Part shown: piece by piece, positions 51,001-64,000 of the stretch | Position numbering within the stretch: position 1 is the first letter of the stretch | Layout of the letters: each line of letters starts with the position of its first letter | Assembly (NCBI GenBank): GCA_965637545.1 | Contig: OZ281498.1 | Location: 21,700,001-21,764,000, forward strand | DNA length: 64,000 bases | Source of the DNA: Phallusia mammillata | Taxonomy: Eukaryota | Direction: 5' to 3' | Program-made: the position numbers and the translations under genes | The notes under the pieces: model-generated | What the model was told of the DNA's origin: nothing | The model's input: the letters and a program-made list of their open reading frames with translations, nothing else | The model's database searches: none

Positions 51001-54000
51001 CATCATAGCGCGCCACACCCATTGGTAGGCGTTATACCAAATCAGCCGGTCACCAAGCATTCCCATGCATATAATAAGGCGTATAGGCTAGTAAAATCCA
51101 ACATGCGATGGGATTGCAACCCCCGACAGGAGTCTTTTTTGGTCCTACCAACTAAACTACACAGGCTCAGTCGGGCACCCGTTGAAAGTCGAAATTTATT
51201 TAATATACAAGTTCACTTGCATTAGTTTTGGTCTATCACAGGGGTGGGCAAACTTTTCAGTGCAATGGCCGCATTCAAAAGTTCCTAATCTTATCGGGCC
51301 GCATAGTATTTCACCGCAACAGCCACCAATTGCTTGCTTGTTTTTTTAAATAACTAGTGTAAAGAATTAGGTTTATATCATGTATATACCATTCAAAGCC
51401 ACCTAAAACGCTCAGAATAATAATTTCTAACTTGGTGCATAAGTTTAGCTGAACGGAGCTAGCTGTTTATGACGTCATGATCGGTATTGTGACGATTGGG
51501 GTGCCTGTTTTTTCGCATTGATTGCACACAATAAGCGGTTAAAAAGCGGTTCTTAGGCTGGTAATATTTTTTTCTGTCTCACAAAATCTGTTTATGGCAG
51601 TTTGAAAACCGAAATATTTGGCAAAATAGTTTTAGTTACGTCATGGCAGCCTGCACATGTATTTTGACATACATGGTCACGGCCGCACAAACTCGTCTCC
51701 GCGGCCGCATGTGGCCGTACGGCCGCAGGTTGTGCACCCCTGATTTACCCCAAAATGTTAACATAGTATATTTTCAGCTATGTGTAAATACGTTTGTTGT
51801 CACTTTGTTTGCACAAACATTGGTTGAAACGTTACAATTGTAATTGTTTCAAAATAAACAAGCATTTATTGCAACTTAGGCTACACCACGTTTCCTTGCG
51901 CCAACATTAAACAAAGCGAGCCGCTTTTAGTATCCATCTTAAGTGTGGTGTGGTTTGTGTTAACGACTCTAAATTTAATGTCCGTTTGCAATGTACTGCA
52001 AAGACCTAAACTTGATCCAAAGTGACCAAAGTTTTGGCGTCAACAGTACAAAGTGGGCTGTATTTGAAAACGTGAATAGCTTTTACTTTTATCGAACGAA
52101 GAAATTGTTTTGAGTGAATATGTGCATGATAACATGGCAGAAACAACAGGTTAAAGCACGTAAACATCCCCGGTAGTTTTTAAAAACTACGCCTGTGGTT
52201 ATAATACTATTCAGCGTTGCTCGGTAACTTTCTCTTTCAAATTTCCCAACATTTGGCGGGCGGCATGAACTCCTTTGCCGGGCCGCATGCGGCCCGCGGG
52301 CCGTAGTTTGCCCACCCCTGGTCTATCATCTAGCTACTTTTCGGAGTTGTAATTTGGGTCAAGGTTTTCGGTCTGGGTTAATAATTTCACACTATAGGCA
52401 TCATTTGTGCCACAATTCATCAGTCTTCTGGGTTAATTCGGGCTTTCTTAAAAGCAAAAATTAAGCTGAGTACGTGTTCCGGGCTTGATACTTTCAAGTC
52501 AGATTACAAGTCTGTTACCATTGAAGTCATCTCTAGAAGTATGTGTTATTGAAATCTAATATTATACAGGAATATTGAACAAGGGCTTGGTTCTCAAATT
52601 TTTAGAGGTATTAAATTTTTCACATTCTTACTTCTTTGTGATGATGGTGCGGTGGTTAGATGGTAAACTATTTGAAATCCCTTGTATGTTGCGTGCATTC
52701 CAACAGCATTAGATTCCAAGGTTACTCGAAACCCTTGACCTATACAATTCAAAGTTTAGTGTTACAACTTTGCGCTTATTGCTAAACTTTTTGAAGCAAT
52801 ATTTTTTAAATTACAGTGACAAAAATAAACTTGGAAATCTTTAAATATAACGACTTTTGTGGACACACTTTTCAATGTTTAGAACTTAAATATGTCGCCT
52901 AATTTACGATTTTGCGAGCTTCTTTTAAAACAAAAACAAAAGAATAAGGCATGTTTCGTATTTTCATGTCTGACTCGTAACAAAAACCGGTTTTATTTAC
53001 CAGTCGAAACAACTTCAGGTGGTAGTGTGTTTCCACAATACGGTCCGTCTATTAATCCAGTAAATAAATCCTCAATTTTGAGCTTTTGTCTCGTGCATTG
53101 CTTCATTGAAGCGCCCACCAAGTAAAATGACTTAAAACTCAAGCGAACTCTGTAGCCAGAAGGCGCTTTCACACTGCAATAACAAAGATGTATTGATTTG
53201 ATGACCAATTGAAACACTTTACCAAATAGATTACTATATAAACCAAACGCACAGTATGTACAATTAATAGGGAATTAAAAGTTTTGTTTTCTTTTTTAAT
53301 GAAACTAACAATAAAAAAGTAAAAAAAATAATTCTCCTTTCATATTGAAATGTAAGTATAAATTCTTTGCTAATTTATCATATATGTCCAACATAATTAG
53401 TATCTTTTTGAAATAACTTGAAACAGATTATGTGTATCAGGCAGTAAATAATAATACCACACATAATAAACTCTTTACTTTAAGTGTAGCAATGGTCCAT
53501 GTTTTTACGAGCTAGGTCAATTACCACAAAAGCGTTAACCGGAAAACTGTGTTATTTAAAGATGCACGGGTACACAAAAGGACCGGTAGATCGTAAAATT
53601 AACTACGGCAATAGGCACACTTTCATAAAACAATGTAAATCACCACTTTGCACATACAGTTTTACTGTTAGAGCTGTTAACAAGTAGCCCTACATCACAA
53701 ACATGAAAATGTATTATTAGTTACTTTAGGACAGGGGTGTGCAACCCGCGGCCCGCCAAGCCATTTAGTGTGGCCCTCAACAACACTCTGATTCTCTGAT
53801 TAGTTTTCGGTAAATCTCCTAAGTTGCTATACGTAACAAGAATAAGCTAAACCAGCGCATGAAACTTAATACACCCAGACCTATGGTCTTCTATTCGCAC
53901 TAGGTGCTTGTTGCGTATCTATACCGAATGTGACGTAATATACCTCTTTGTCTAGTAAACAATTACTTTGTTGTGAAAGGCAGTGTTGCGACGAAACTTA

Positions 54001-55205
54001 CTTGCACCTAACATTTTAAAGTTGATTTTAAAAGCAAAATAAAACAAAACGCAGGGGTGTGGAAATAATATCGACATGATATTATAATGCAAGCCGCACA
54101 AACAGTAGTGTAAAAAAGTGTAAATACGGTACATGAAAAAAACTGTGTGGCCCTCGCTTGATGTCCGAAATTGGTTATATGGCCCACCGCCGAAAAAGGT
54201 TGCACACCCCTGCTTTAGGACGTTCACTGAGCCTTAATATAAAAAGTCTAGCAGACCGACGCGTACGTGTACTTGGTACGTAAAACAAATATCATGTGTT
54301 TTGGCCTGAAAAAAACATTTCAAACTAGTTTTAGAAGCTGAAAAATTAGCAAAATAGTTTTATTATTGAACGATTTACCTTAAAGACTTAGCTATCACAC
54401 CTTTTTCTGCCAAGTAGGCTTCCAGAACTATGTATTGGGTCACCAAACAGGTTTTGGATATTTGCATAATGCAGATAATATATGTATACACATGCTACAA
54501 ACGAATTTGCACTTGATTTTCATGGTTGTAGTGCATTAATGTGCACTGTAAAAGCGCGGCAAAATATTTTTCGCCATTTTCACGTGTCAACAAGTTTTTT
54601 GATGTCATAATCACAAACAAAGAAAATGTAAACAAGACAAAACCAGTAATACTTACATCCAAGTGCATTGTGTCTGTTCTGCAAATTTCTCAGGGAAGTT
54701 TGGGCTTGCAAAAAGTTTTCGTGATTTTGACGCTTTTGCGTTCATTACACGACAACCTAATGAAAGAACAAGAATTTACAACATCTCATTAAAAGTGTAC
54801 TGACATAACTAGTCGTAAAAATCAACGTGCTGTATTCCAATTTTTCGGCGATTATACTCATGCCATCATTACAGGTGCTATAAATTCCTATTTAATGTCG
54901 TTCAAACAGTTTGAAAACAGGTAATATAGAATAATGACGTTTAAATCAATTTTAGCTAAAGATTTTTTAAAACAACCAATATAGTTTGCCCAAAAAAACC
55001 CAATTGCAAGAACAGCTCCATAATTTTGGTATCATGCCGGCAGCAACAACTTATTTATGGTTTGCCTAGTTGTTAGAATCAAATTGATTACTGAAGAGTT
55101 GGTAAATACAAATAACTTACTTTCTGTGGAACCATATCTTCCTGCTGCACTTAGGCTTGACAGCAAAACAAGGTAACAAAGCAAGCAACAAGCCAGTCGA
55201 AACAT
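48062..55205 (-). CDS. Single-CUB type I membrane protein A (signal peptide, CUB, stalk, TM, cytoplasmic tail with PPSY), ~402 aa
   Basis: Exons 55121-55205, 54657-54756, 53001-53173, 52632-52739, 50640-50856, 49980-50071, 49249-49417, 48062-48326, in frame. CUB motifs ASPNFPEKF..CTWIVKAPSGYRVRLSF, GPYCG, GFQIVY; TM VAGIVIGVLIVLCIGFLIFYTVCI. Confidence 0.85.
49609..49825. mobile_element. hAT-type MITE
   Basis: TIR CAGTGGTTCTCAAACT / AGTTTGAGAACCACTG; TSD GTTTATAT. Confidence 0.9.
51239..52320. mobile_element. Composite hAT non-autonomous element with an internal extra 3' end (~51742)
   Basis: TIR CAGGGGTGGGCAAAC / GTTTGCCCACCCCTG; TSD GTCTATCA; internal GGTTGTGCACCCCTG. Confidence 0.88.
53732..54212. 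mobile_element. hAT-type MITE
   Basis: TIR CAGGGGTGTGCAACC / GGTTGCACACCCCTG; TSD CTTTAGGA. Confidence 0.9.
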
Positions 55206-55982
55206 TATTACATCCTTTCAATACACTCAATGTGAACTGATTTGCAATTATGCTTCACCCCACAACAGCATACTCAACCCTCGTGGAAATTACACTGGAT
55301 TTGACAAAGGTCCAGCGCAATAATAGTAGCCTTGCTGGTGTACAGCTTGTAGTGTACCTCGGACAATCTTGTCTGAGTCACTAAGCACTCTGTTTGATAC
55401 GACTTACTGCCGCAGGCTAAAGACGCCTCGCGTTGAAGTAAAGAACAAACTGGCGACGAAACTTGCCTGACCAGCCTTAGTGGTTTCACCTGTCACGAGA
55501 TACTTCCAATTTGTTGGCAGTAGGCCACATGTTTTTGCTCAAATTTAATGTGTTGACAATGCTGAGTTGTACAAAATGTTGTATAAGGGAGGTTTTTTCT
55601 CATTTTTAGGACAGATTTGCAGCCAATTTGTTCGGGCCGTGTTGTTTCAAATACATTAGTTTGCGGTCTAGTTATAAGTAATTACCTTCGAAACATACGA
55701 AATATCTGTGGCTACACAATACCGCCGCCTATTTGGCGTTAGCCTGGGGCCTATATGCTTACGTTTATTTCTGGACATATGAAATTCTTTACCTATTTAA
55801 AGGAAACTAAAATACCATTATCTATACACAAAATATCTTAAATTGGAATAATTTGCAAATTGGCTGCAGTCATGACATGTCATACGCACCTGCATTTTTT
55901 GAGATGACAGCCACAATCTTTATGACGATTTTTTGCTACACACCCGAAATACTTGTTTGTTAAAAAGGGTGTTGGGTAGGCC

Positions 55983-56358
55983 CAGAGTTGCAAGTCGGGC
56001 CGGGTTCGGGCCGGGTTCGGGCTTGGGTATTTGTGAGAAAACGGGCCTAACTTTGCGTTACGTGTCCGCCATTTTCAAAAAAAATCTGCTAAGTAATAAG
56101 TCTCTGGCTTTGACCTAATGCTCACCCTACTTTAAAACGTATTGTTTACGCCATTGTCTACTATTGTTCATTGTGTTTGTTGTCTTTCTCTTTTTTCTTT
56201 TTCATTTGTTTTTTGGGTCCCAGCATAGGCCTGTCAATCAAAATTTCGGGCCTAAACGGGCTTCACAAAAACGTTTCGGGTTCGGGCCGGGCTTCGGGCT
56301 TATACTTTCGGGTTCGGGACGGGTTCGGGCTCAGATTTTGGGCCCGCTTGCAACTCTG
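55983..56358. mobile_element. hAT-type MITE with TTCGGG repeats, inserted in the TIR of a second MITE ending at 56722
   Basis: TIR CAGAGTTGCAAG / CTTGCAACTCTG; TSD GGTAGGCC; host element has TIR TAGGCCTACCAT / ATGGTAGGCCTA. Confidence 0.85.
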
Positions 56359-56918
56359 GGTAGGCCTACCATATTTTTGAAAAAACATGAAAAAATACTT
56401 TAAGGGCTTCCCAAAAATAAACGCCTCAGAAATTAGACAGCATATAGTTTGGATAAAGTTAAACGTTTATCACATCACAACACTAAAATAAGCTTGAATT
56501 TTCAAAAAAGTAAAAATATCCTGTATTCTTCAAAAAATAAACTGAAAATGTATATTTGGCTGTTTTCAAAGGCATAATTGTCACATATGTATTAAAGATA
56601 AATCATAAATTCTTTTGGAGGAAAGGAGGACATTTGGGCGCTTTTTCTTGTCCAGGACAACTTGGTTTTTGTCAATTAAAAAGATGGACATGTCCTCTAA
56701 AAAGACGACGTATGGTAGGCCTAGAGTAGGGTATAAATTTAAGTTTTAAAGACCAGAAGTAGTACTACAAAAGGTAAACACAAAATACAACACAATAGTA
56801 TTTCCAACTCTTTTGTTGTTGAAAAAATTGATATTATTGTTTATACAGGATGTGTACTTTAAATGTTTGCGACTTCCTGGAACATATTGGCGAAATAGCA
56901 TACACCACCGGAGTAAAG

Positions 56919-59900
56919 TCAAGCGAACAAACGGAGGTAAGTCAACAAACATCCAACACAAAGAAAGGTTAGGGTCCCGGCGATTATTATTCTAAGCATA
57001 ACACCAGCTAATAAGCTTGGTGAACCTGTGATTGGTTCTAAGTCGTCAGGATGGGGATAAGTACGTCTTGACACCGGTCGTCGAGTAGGCCCTGCGTTCA
57101 ACAACAAAAAACACGTTTTGCAAATATAATACATCAACCGGTTCCTGCTTGCAATTGTTACAGCATTGATTTACAGTAATAATAAAGCATTGCTTTTTAT
57201 AAAATGTAGGTTAAATTAAATGTTATATGGTTCATATCTTCACGTTTGTGTATACACCCTGACTGTCTTGTTCTATGAGCTTTCTTTCGGTTGTATGTCA
57301 TTCGTTTAAAAAAGTCAAACCCATACACAAACCAAACACCAAAATTGGCACGTGAGGCGTTTTTTCACAGCACACCAAGTGATTTTCGACTTAAAGTTAA
57401 ATTTAATAATTTGAATTTAAACTATTACAGTGATTTGTTTTGTTATGATTTAATGTTAAAAAAAAGCAACGTACGAATAAAATCTACCTGCTTTGTAACC
57501 ATCCTACCATTCAGGGAGTCGAACCGCTTGTCATATGGGTTCAGGTTCGGTTCGGGTTCACTTGGTTTTGTTTTTAAGGGTTCGGGTTCGGTTCCGTTTT
57601 TTAAAAATGTATATTTTCGGGTTCGGGTTTTGTTCCGGTTTGGGCAAATTATCCGGTCCGAACCGGTTTGCGGTTTTTAAACCGGTTCAAATTTTTATTC
57701 GTTTAAATTTAAATCTACCCATCATCTACCTGGCCTTGTCAAACTCAAAAGAATTTTGCCCGTTTAAAAAAAATCACAAAATATAAAACAGACTGCATTT
57801 ATTACTGGTTCGGTTCCGGTTCGGGTCCAACGCCAAACAAAATACGGGGTTCAACTCCGGTTTGGGTTTTTAGAAAATCGTAATTGGCGGTTCGGGTTTA
57901 ATGAAATTAAACGCTCAAACCGGTTCGCGGGTTCGGGTTCAGTTCCGGTTCGACTCCCTGGTTTTAACCACTGCTGCGCAACACACTTAAATGTTGGCAC
58001 CCAAATAGCGAGTAAACTATGGCATGCACCGTTTTAAAAGGTTGCCTATCATATCCAATAAAATCCATTTACCTCTGATGTGGTTTAATGGTATCGGAAA
58101 CGTTAGACGAAAGCCAGGACTGGGTAGAGCTGGAGGGTTGCGAGTGGTAATTTGGGACGTCTGTGTGGTCAGAGTGGAACCAAAACCTATGACTGTAGTA
58201 AGTAATGATGTGTGTTATATACAGTTAAGTGTTGTTAGGCAATTTTATACCTGAGATTGAGAACTTAAACTTAAACATATTTGTTTCATCGCGTTTGTAA
58301 ATATCAGTAAATATCTCTTTGGCAGTACTGTTTTGAAACAAGCAAATGTTGTATTGTATGTATGCCATTAGTCATAATATAATAGTACCGTGACCATGTC
58401 GGTTGAAATGCATTTTCAAAAAGATTGTTTTGTATGGATACAGGTATCACACAACTAATTTGTTAGGCAATCTTTATTACGCAAATAATCGAGTAACTTT
58501 CTTAACAAAACGCTAAAGTTATGATTTACGATCAAGTTAACGGATTAGGCGATTAACCTAATTCGTCCTAATACCAAGATTTCAATGAATTTCGCATTCA
58601 ATCTGCATTTAAAGCTATGTTTCATTACCTAAATTTGTTTGATAAGACAACACTTTTTTGGTATTCTTACTTCTTTGTGACGGCGGGTCAGTTGTTTGTT
58701 GGTAAAATATTCGAAAACCCCAGTAAGCTTTTGGTGTTCCTTTGGATTTCAGCGTAATTCGAAATCCTTGGCCTGCACATTACAATTTAAAGGTTAAGTA
58801 AGGATTAAGAGAAAAACTTACCAGTTTTGTGAAAAGCAATGGTATAATTCAGGGGTTCTTAACCAGGGGTGCACGCAGCCCCAAGGGGTGCGGGATCTGT
58901 TCCTGTTAGGTCAATTGTATAGAAATACAAAAACCCAGGGGGGTGCAAAAATTGGTTGGTGATTTAAAAGGGGTGCAGCAAGGAAAAATGGTTAAGAACC
59001 ATGGGCATAATTGGTTGCAAGTGTTGGATGCTGCATGTAAAATAAACAAACGCTACTTGTAAAGTCGTTTTCCCAGTTTTTGAACAGAAGTGTAGAAACG
59101 GATAAGCAGCTACAGGCTTTTTATTTCGCCGATTGATTAACCTAGCCATTGGTATGAGTGTCATACTGATTTGCTGACAAAAATATTTCAATTTTACTTT
59201 TAGGCCTGATTGTTAAGCAACAAATGATTTTATTTACCTGCTGACACCGCTCCAGGTGGTCCTGCGTTGCTACAATACGGTCCGTCTACATATCCAGTTA
59301 GCAGGTCTTCAAAAGTAAAGGATTGTGTCGTGCAACCATGTGAGTGTTCCAAGTAAAAATATCCAAAACTAATTCGAACTCTGTAGCCGGAGGGCGCTTT
59401 CACACTGAAAAACAAACAAAACAGTTTACTACATACAACATGGGAACAGTTGCTATTTCTAAAACAGTTTATAACAGTGTTTCATACCGGAACGGAACGA
59501 AACCAAATAACGTTATTCGTTCTGAGCAAATTATTTATTTCGGTATTTCGTTCCGGACCGATATTTTCATTTCGTTCCGGTCTGACCGAAATAAATTTAT
59601 AACGGTATTTTTTCGGTATTTCGGTCTTAACAAAAGAACATTTCTTTCTGGTCTTCACAACTATTAAGCATAAAAAGAAAGAAAGTTGCAACACACAATA
59701 ATTATTGTCGGTAGTTGTTACGTCACATAACATTTGTCAATGATGGTCAAACGGATGTAAATTGTAGGAGCCTGAATTTTTATTACATCTTATCGGCGCG
59801 AAAATTTTTTTTATGTCAAATGTATAGAACGAAATACCGGAATAAAAAATAGCGGTATTTCGTTCCGTTCCGGTATTTTGAAAATTTTTAATTTTGGTAT

Positions 59901-61783
59901 TTCGTTCCGGTATTTGAGCCATAAATTATTTATTTCGTTCCGGTATAACGTTCCGTTCCGTTCCGGTATGAAACACTGGTTTAAAAGAACTATGTCCGTT
60001 CATCCAACAAATTCTGAAAAGTTGTTCGCTTTTTCGCCAACTTTTTTACACACTTCCGTTGTTTCTCTCAACAAGCAACCCTTTGTTTAGTTTTTGATAA
60101 TATATGCTCCTGACGTCCTTATTACCAGTCTTAGATCTACATTCTACAGTAATCTTTGCTATACATTCCGTACTTATGTACTGAAACCAACCAATGGTTG
60201 AACAGGTGGTCATTATGTACGTCACTATGGCAAAAAATGTCAACAAGTCAAAATTAGTAACACTTACATCCAAGAGCAATGTGTCTGTTCTGGAAATTTG
60301 TTGGGATAGTTTGGGCTTTCAAAATTTCTTTGTGATGATGATGCTTTTAAATTTATAACACAACCTAAAAAGGACCAACTTTAAATCAGCTTTTTACTAA
60401 ACATAACAATTAATTGATTTCTGCGAGATGTACAGTCTTAAATAGTCGTGACAAGAGTATGCTTTAATTTAGATCAGCGGTTCCCAAACTGGGGTCCGCG
60501 GTCCTTTAGGGGTCCGTGAGGCAATTTTGGGGGGGGACCGCGAAGCGGGTAAAGTAATTCTATACTCTTATTTAGCGTCAGTTTGCGCCACTGAATAAGT
60601 TTAAATCAAGAGAATTCAGAAATCGACTGTCTCCATTGCTAAACAATAGCCTTTATTGAATAACAACTGTCAAAAATGCAATTGTTCGCGCACAATCGCA
60701 CTGCTTTTTTGTCTTGTCTGTAATGTCACAAGCTGTCTTTAGAGCAGCGGTTCCCAAACTGGGGTCCGCGGACCTTTAGGGGTCCGTGAAGCAATTTTGC
60801 GGGGTCCGCGAAAAGGTTGACGTGCCTCTATAATCTTATTTGGCGTCAATTTGTGTCACTGAATAGGTTTAAATCAAAGTACAATTAGAGATCCACTGCC
60901 TCCATTACTATACGATAGATTGCCTTTATTGCATGACAACTATCAAGAATGCAATTGTTTGCGCACTATCGTAATGTTTTCTGTCTTGTCTGTGATGTCA
61001 CAAACCGTCTTTGGATGGTTGTTATGTGTAATTTTGCATACCTAATAAGCTAAAATTCTGTAAATCAACTTTCGTATTGCTAAAATACACCTTCAGGCTT
61101 AAGGTCCGCGAGTCCTCGATATAATGGCAAAGTGACCGTTTTGAAAAAAACAATGAAAAAGTTTGAAAACCACTAAGTTAGAAAGTTGTTACATTAAATA
61201 GAATCGTGACTGCACTAGTGTACTATAAGAGACAATGGTTCATTTTTCCTATAGCATGTTTTGATTTTTATAGGGCCGCGAAATATCAAAATAATTGCAA
61301 AGGGTCCACCAGGCAAAATTTTTGGAAAAGTTTGGGAACCGCTGCTTTAGAGTTTAGATCATTATCATGCGCAATTTTGCATAACTAGCGAAAATCCTGC
61401 AATCAACTTTCGTTTTTCTGAAATACACATTACATGCAGCTTAAGGACCGCGAGCCCTCGAAATAATGGCAAAGGAGCCGTTTTGACAAAATAATGAAAA
61501 AGTTTGGGAACCACTGATTTAGATAAACCTTTCCACAATTAGTCGTGTTTAACAAATTTGTCATTCAATTGGTGTAAAGCTAAACAAAATACTAGTTGTT
61601 GTTTCAAGAACTTGTATTTTGCGAATTTTGACTGGTCGTTTTAGCATTTTGAACAAATTGATCACTGAAACCAATTTTTATTTTAAACACATAAAACTTA
61701 CTTTCTGTTGCATTATGTCCCGTTGCTGCCTCGACGCTTGATAGCAAAACCACGCAACAAAGCAAGCAAGACAGTTGTAACAT
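56919..61783 (-). CDS. Single-CUB membrane protein B (signal peptide, CUB, stalk, C-terminal hydrophobic segment, no tail), ~246 aa; paralog of A
   Basis: Exons 61702-61783, 60268-60364, 59238-59404, 58671-58772, 58073-58192, 56919-57091, in frame. ESPNYPNKF..CSWIVKAPSGYRVRISF, GPYCS, GFRIFY; first four introns at the same positions as in gene A. Confidence 0.82.
57512..57960. mobile_element. MITE with GGTTC repeats
   Basis: TIR CAGGGAGTCGAACC / GGTTCGACTCCCTG; no clear TSD. Confidence 0.8.
58850..59004. mobile_element. hAT-type MITE
   Basis: TIR CAGGGGTTCTTAACC / GGTTAAGAACCATGG; TSD GTATAATT/GCATAATT. Confidence 0.78.
59475..59978. mobile_element. MITE with 25-bp TIRs
   Basis: CAGTGTTTCATACCGGAACGGAACG and its exact inverse; TSD GTTTATAA/GTTTAAAA. 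Confidence 0.88.
60475..61516. mobile_element. Self-nested hAT MITEs (inner copy 60745-61344)
   Basis: Outer TSD ATTTAGAT; inner TSD CTTTAGAG; both start CAGCGGTTCCCAAACTGGGGTCCGCGG. Confidence 0.88.
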
Positions 61784-62302
61784 TCTCGTGGCAATTATCA
61801 AGAAACTACAGAGCAATATTGGGCAATAGTAACCTTACAAAAAAACAGCTTGTAGTGTACCTCGGAAATTTTCGTCACTGAGCAAAATGTTAAGCACAAC
61901 TGTAAGCCGCAGGCTAAATTGAGGATTGCGTTTAAATAAACACGAAACCCCTACAGTCCTATCAGTTCCGCATTTTTGGTAAATATTCAAATTAAAGTGC
62001 TGCATTTCACGCTAAAATGTTTCCACACGTATATAAACTTTTGATCCAAAAGAAATGATTTACAAACGACAATATGCCAATTTAACCAGGGATTACCATT
62101 GAGTTGCCCTTAATCAACAAAATGTGAGTTCGTTGTAAAATCAAGCATTTTTAAAATATTTTTTTAAGTAGACAAAAACTGCACTTCGTATTCATACTGC
62201 ATGATGTGTTTCCTGGTATATTTTTTTCGAAACCAAAACCAGGAGGTCTTTGAATCGTTAACGAAACTGAAGGCATGTGTCCGTTTGGTTAACAAGAGTA
62301 GT

Positions 62303-64000
62303 TCACTTTTTCGCAGTCTTGGATACTCGGCGCGACTTTCGGCGTCCTCCTAGCGGTGTGCTGCTGCGAGAATGTCTTCCACTTGTGGGCGTGCCGCGCC
62401 TTGACGACGCTTTCGGATAATGGCGGGATTTTTGCAACGACTGTAAGCTTCCACTGACAGACGTCGTCGTGCTGTTAATCTCTGTGACATAAAGGGAAAT
62501 TATTTGGGTTGGGATTTCAGGGTCTGGCCCAGGCGTAAATATTACAAGTTTAAATATAATGAGGTTTGGCCTGAATTTATATAGTAAACCCCGGTCAGTC
62601 CGCACCCGTTTGGACCAAAAAGTTTGACCGGATTAGGCAAAGGTGGTTAACCGATGTCGATAAGTTAAAGCTTTCGCACATTACAAATCATTTGTACCTC
62701 GAGTTTTGTCCGAATTAGGCGAAGATCCGGATTAACTGCATGCGTTTAAATAAAGGTTTACTGTACTTCGGACATGTAACTTCGGATTTAGGTCCGATTT
62801 TGCCCCATTCCAGGCCCGCTTACAACTCTGTTATAAACTTTAACTTGTTTTCAGTGGACAGGACATGTATTAGAACAAGATTGTCATCAAAGTGGCATAA
62901 GTCGCAGTCACATGTAATCTAAAAGTTGCTATTGGGTCGCGGCATATGAAACTGGAAAAAGTGTGCGTTTCTTTCGTACTCGTGACATTTGAACGCTATT
63001 TTGGGTTGGGCATGTTAAATATAACTTACAAGATTTTGTTTTCGTGTTAATATTGGCATTTATGTTTTGATAATGTTTCAAACAGTATTGGGAGAAAAAC
63101 TACTCCACTACCTGCTAGTTCGTCTTCTGTGACAAATATTTCAGGAGTAACGTTATTTCTGTAACACCAATCTAAATCTTCATCGTCGTACGGTTCCGCA
63201 TCACCACACAATTCCGCTTTGCGTCTCCTTTCTCTGTATTCAGCCTCTGCTCTGTAAAGCAAATAGGCGTTTTTCAGGCGTGTTGATCAATTCTGGACAC
63301 GCAAAAAACAAGTTATACTGTTAGAGAGATTGTAGAAAGGAAATACATTATCTTGCACACGTGTCAACAAATGCAGGCGAAATCATGAAACGAAGTACTT
63401 ACAAGACCAAAAATTCGGTTGATTCTTTATGGCCGTAAATTTCGGCGATTCTTTTAGGAGTATCCCCGTATAAATCTTTCCTGTTCATAGGCGCCTTGAA
63501 ATTGTGCAGTGTTCTGAAGACAAAAACTCTCTCATAAAATGCTTTGTAATATAGTGGTCATGTGTGGCACTATTGTATTTTAAACTGTAATGAAGTCCAA
63601 AACATAGGGATAAACTTAGCCTTTTCAAACCGTTTTTGGGTCATTTAGTAGGCAAATAAACGAGATTTTTAATTGGTGGTAGGCTACAGCTTGGAATTGA
63701 ACTTCCAATTTACAAAATCAGAATTTTCAATTAACGGAATTGAAATCGCGAATCGTCGGCTTGCAACAATAGTCATCACAAGTGTTTGACCTTATTGTTA
63801 AGCTGATCATATTTGTAACTAATACATCACGCTCAGATCAACAACAGGCTTATTATGTTCATCACAAAAAGTGACCATCTTCACGACCACAACAACTGTA
63901 CCTTAGAACGTGAGTGCGCCCTCCTTCGGCTGCAAAATGTGCTGGTGTCCATCCGGTAGAAGACCTAACACCGGGATGAGCGCCTTTTTCCAACAGACAT
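62303..64000 (-). CDS. ANKRD66: Ankyrin repeat domain protein 66, 3' part (5' end outside the window)
   Basis: Exons 63902-64000, 63403-63513, 63112-63251, 62303-62481. GWTPAHFAAEGG..LRTLH..GDTPKRIAEIYGH..FL.LAE..DDEDLDW matches ANKRD66 as recalled. Confidence 0.82.

Overview
AT-rich, intron-containing animal genomic DNA. The compact genes, hAT/Tc1 MITE load and intronic tandem miR-124 suggest an ascidian tunicate (inference). I assembled seven protein-coding genes by hand from splice signals with frame checks: syntaxin-7/12 (-), TTLL11 (+), a ~1147-aa disordered orphan protein (-), CFAP52/WDR16 (+), two tandem single-CUB membrane proteins (-), and the 3' part of ANKRD66 (-). The ~11 kb gap between TTLL11 and the orphan gene holds a TATA-driven, spliced, nearly non-coding transcript. 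Its intron carries three tandem miR-124 hairpins; the middle one looks like a chimera and has a C10U variant. Its last exon carries a seedless miR-124-like relic and five Pumilio elements within 110 nt. Many MITEs with 8-bp TSDs (some nested), tRNA-derived SINE-like elements and a long foldback palindrome are also present. All coordinates were read by eye and no searches were run.
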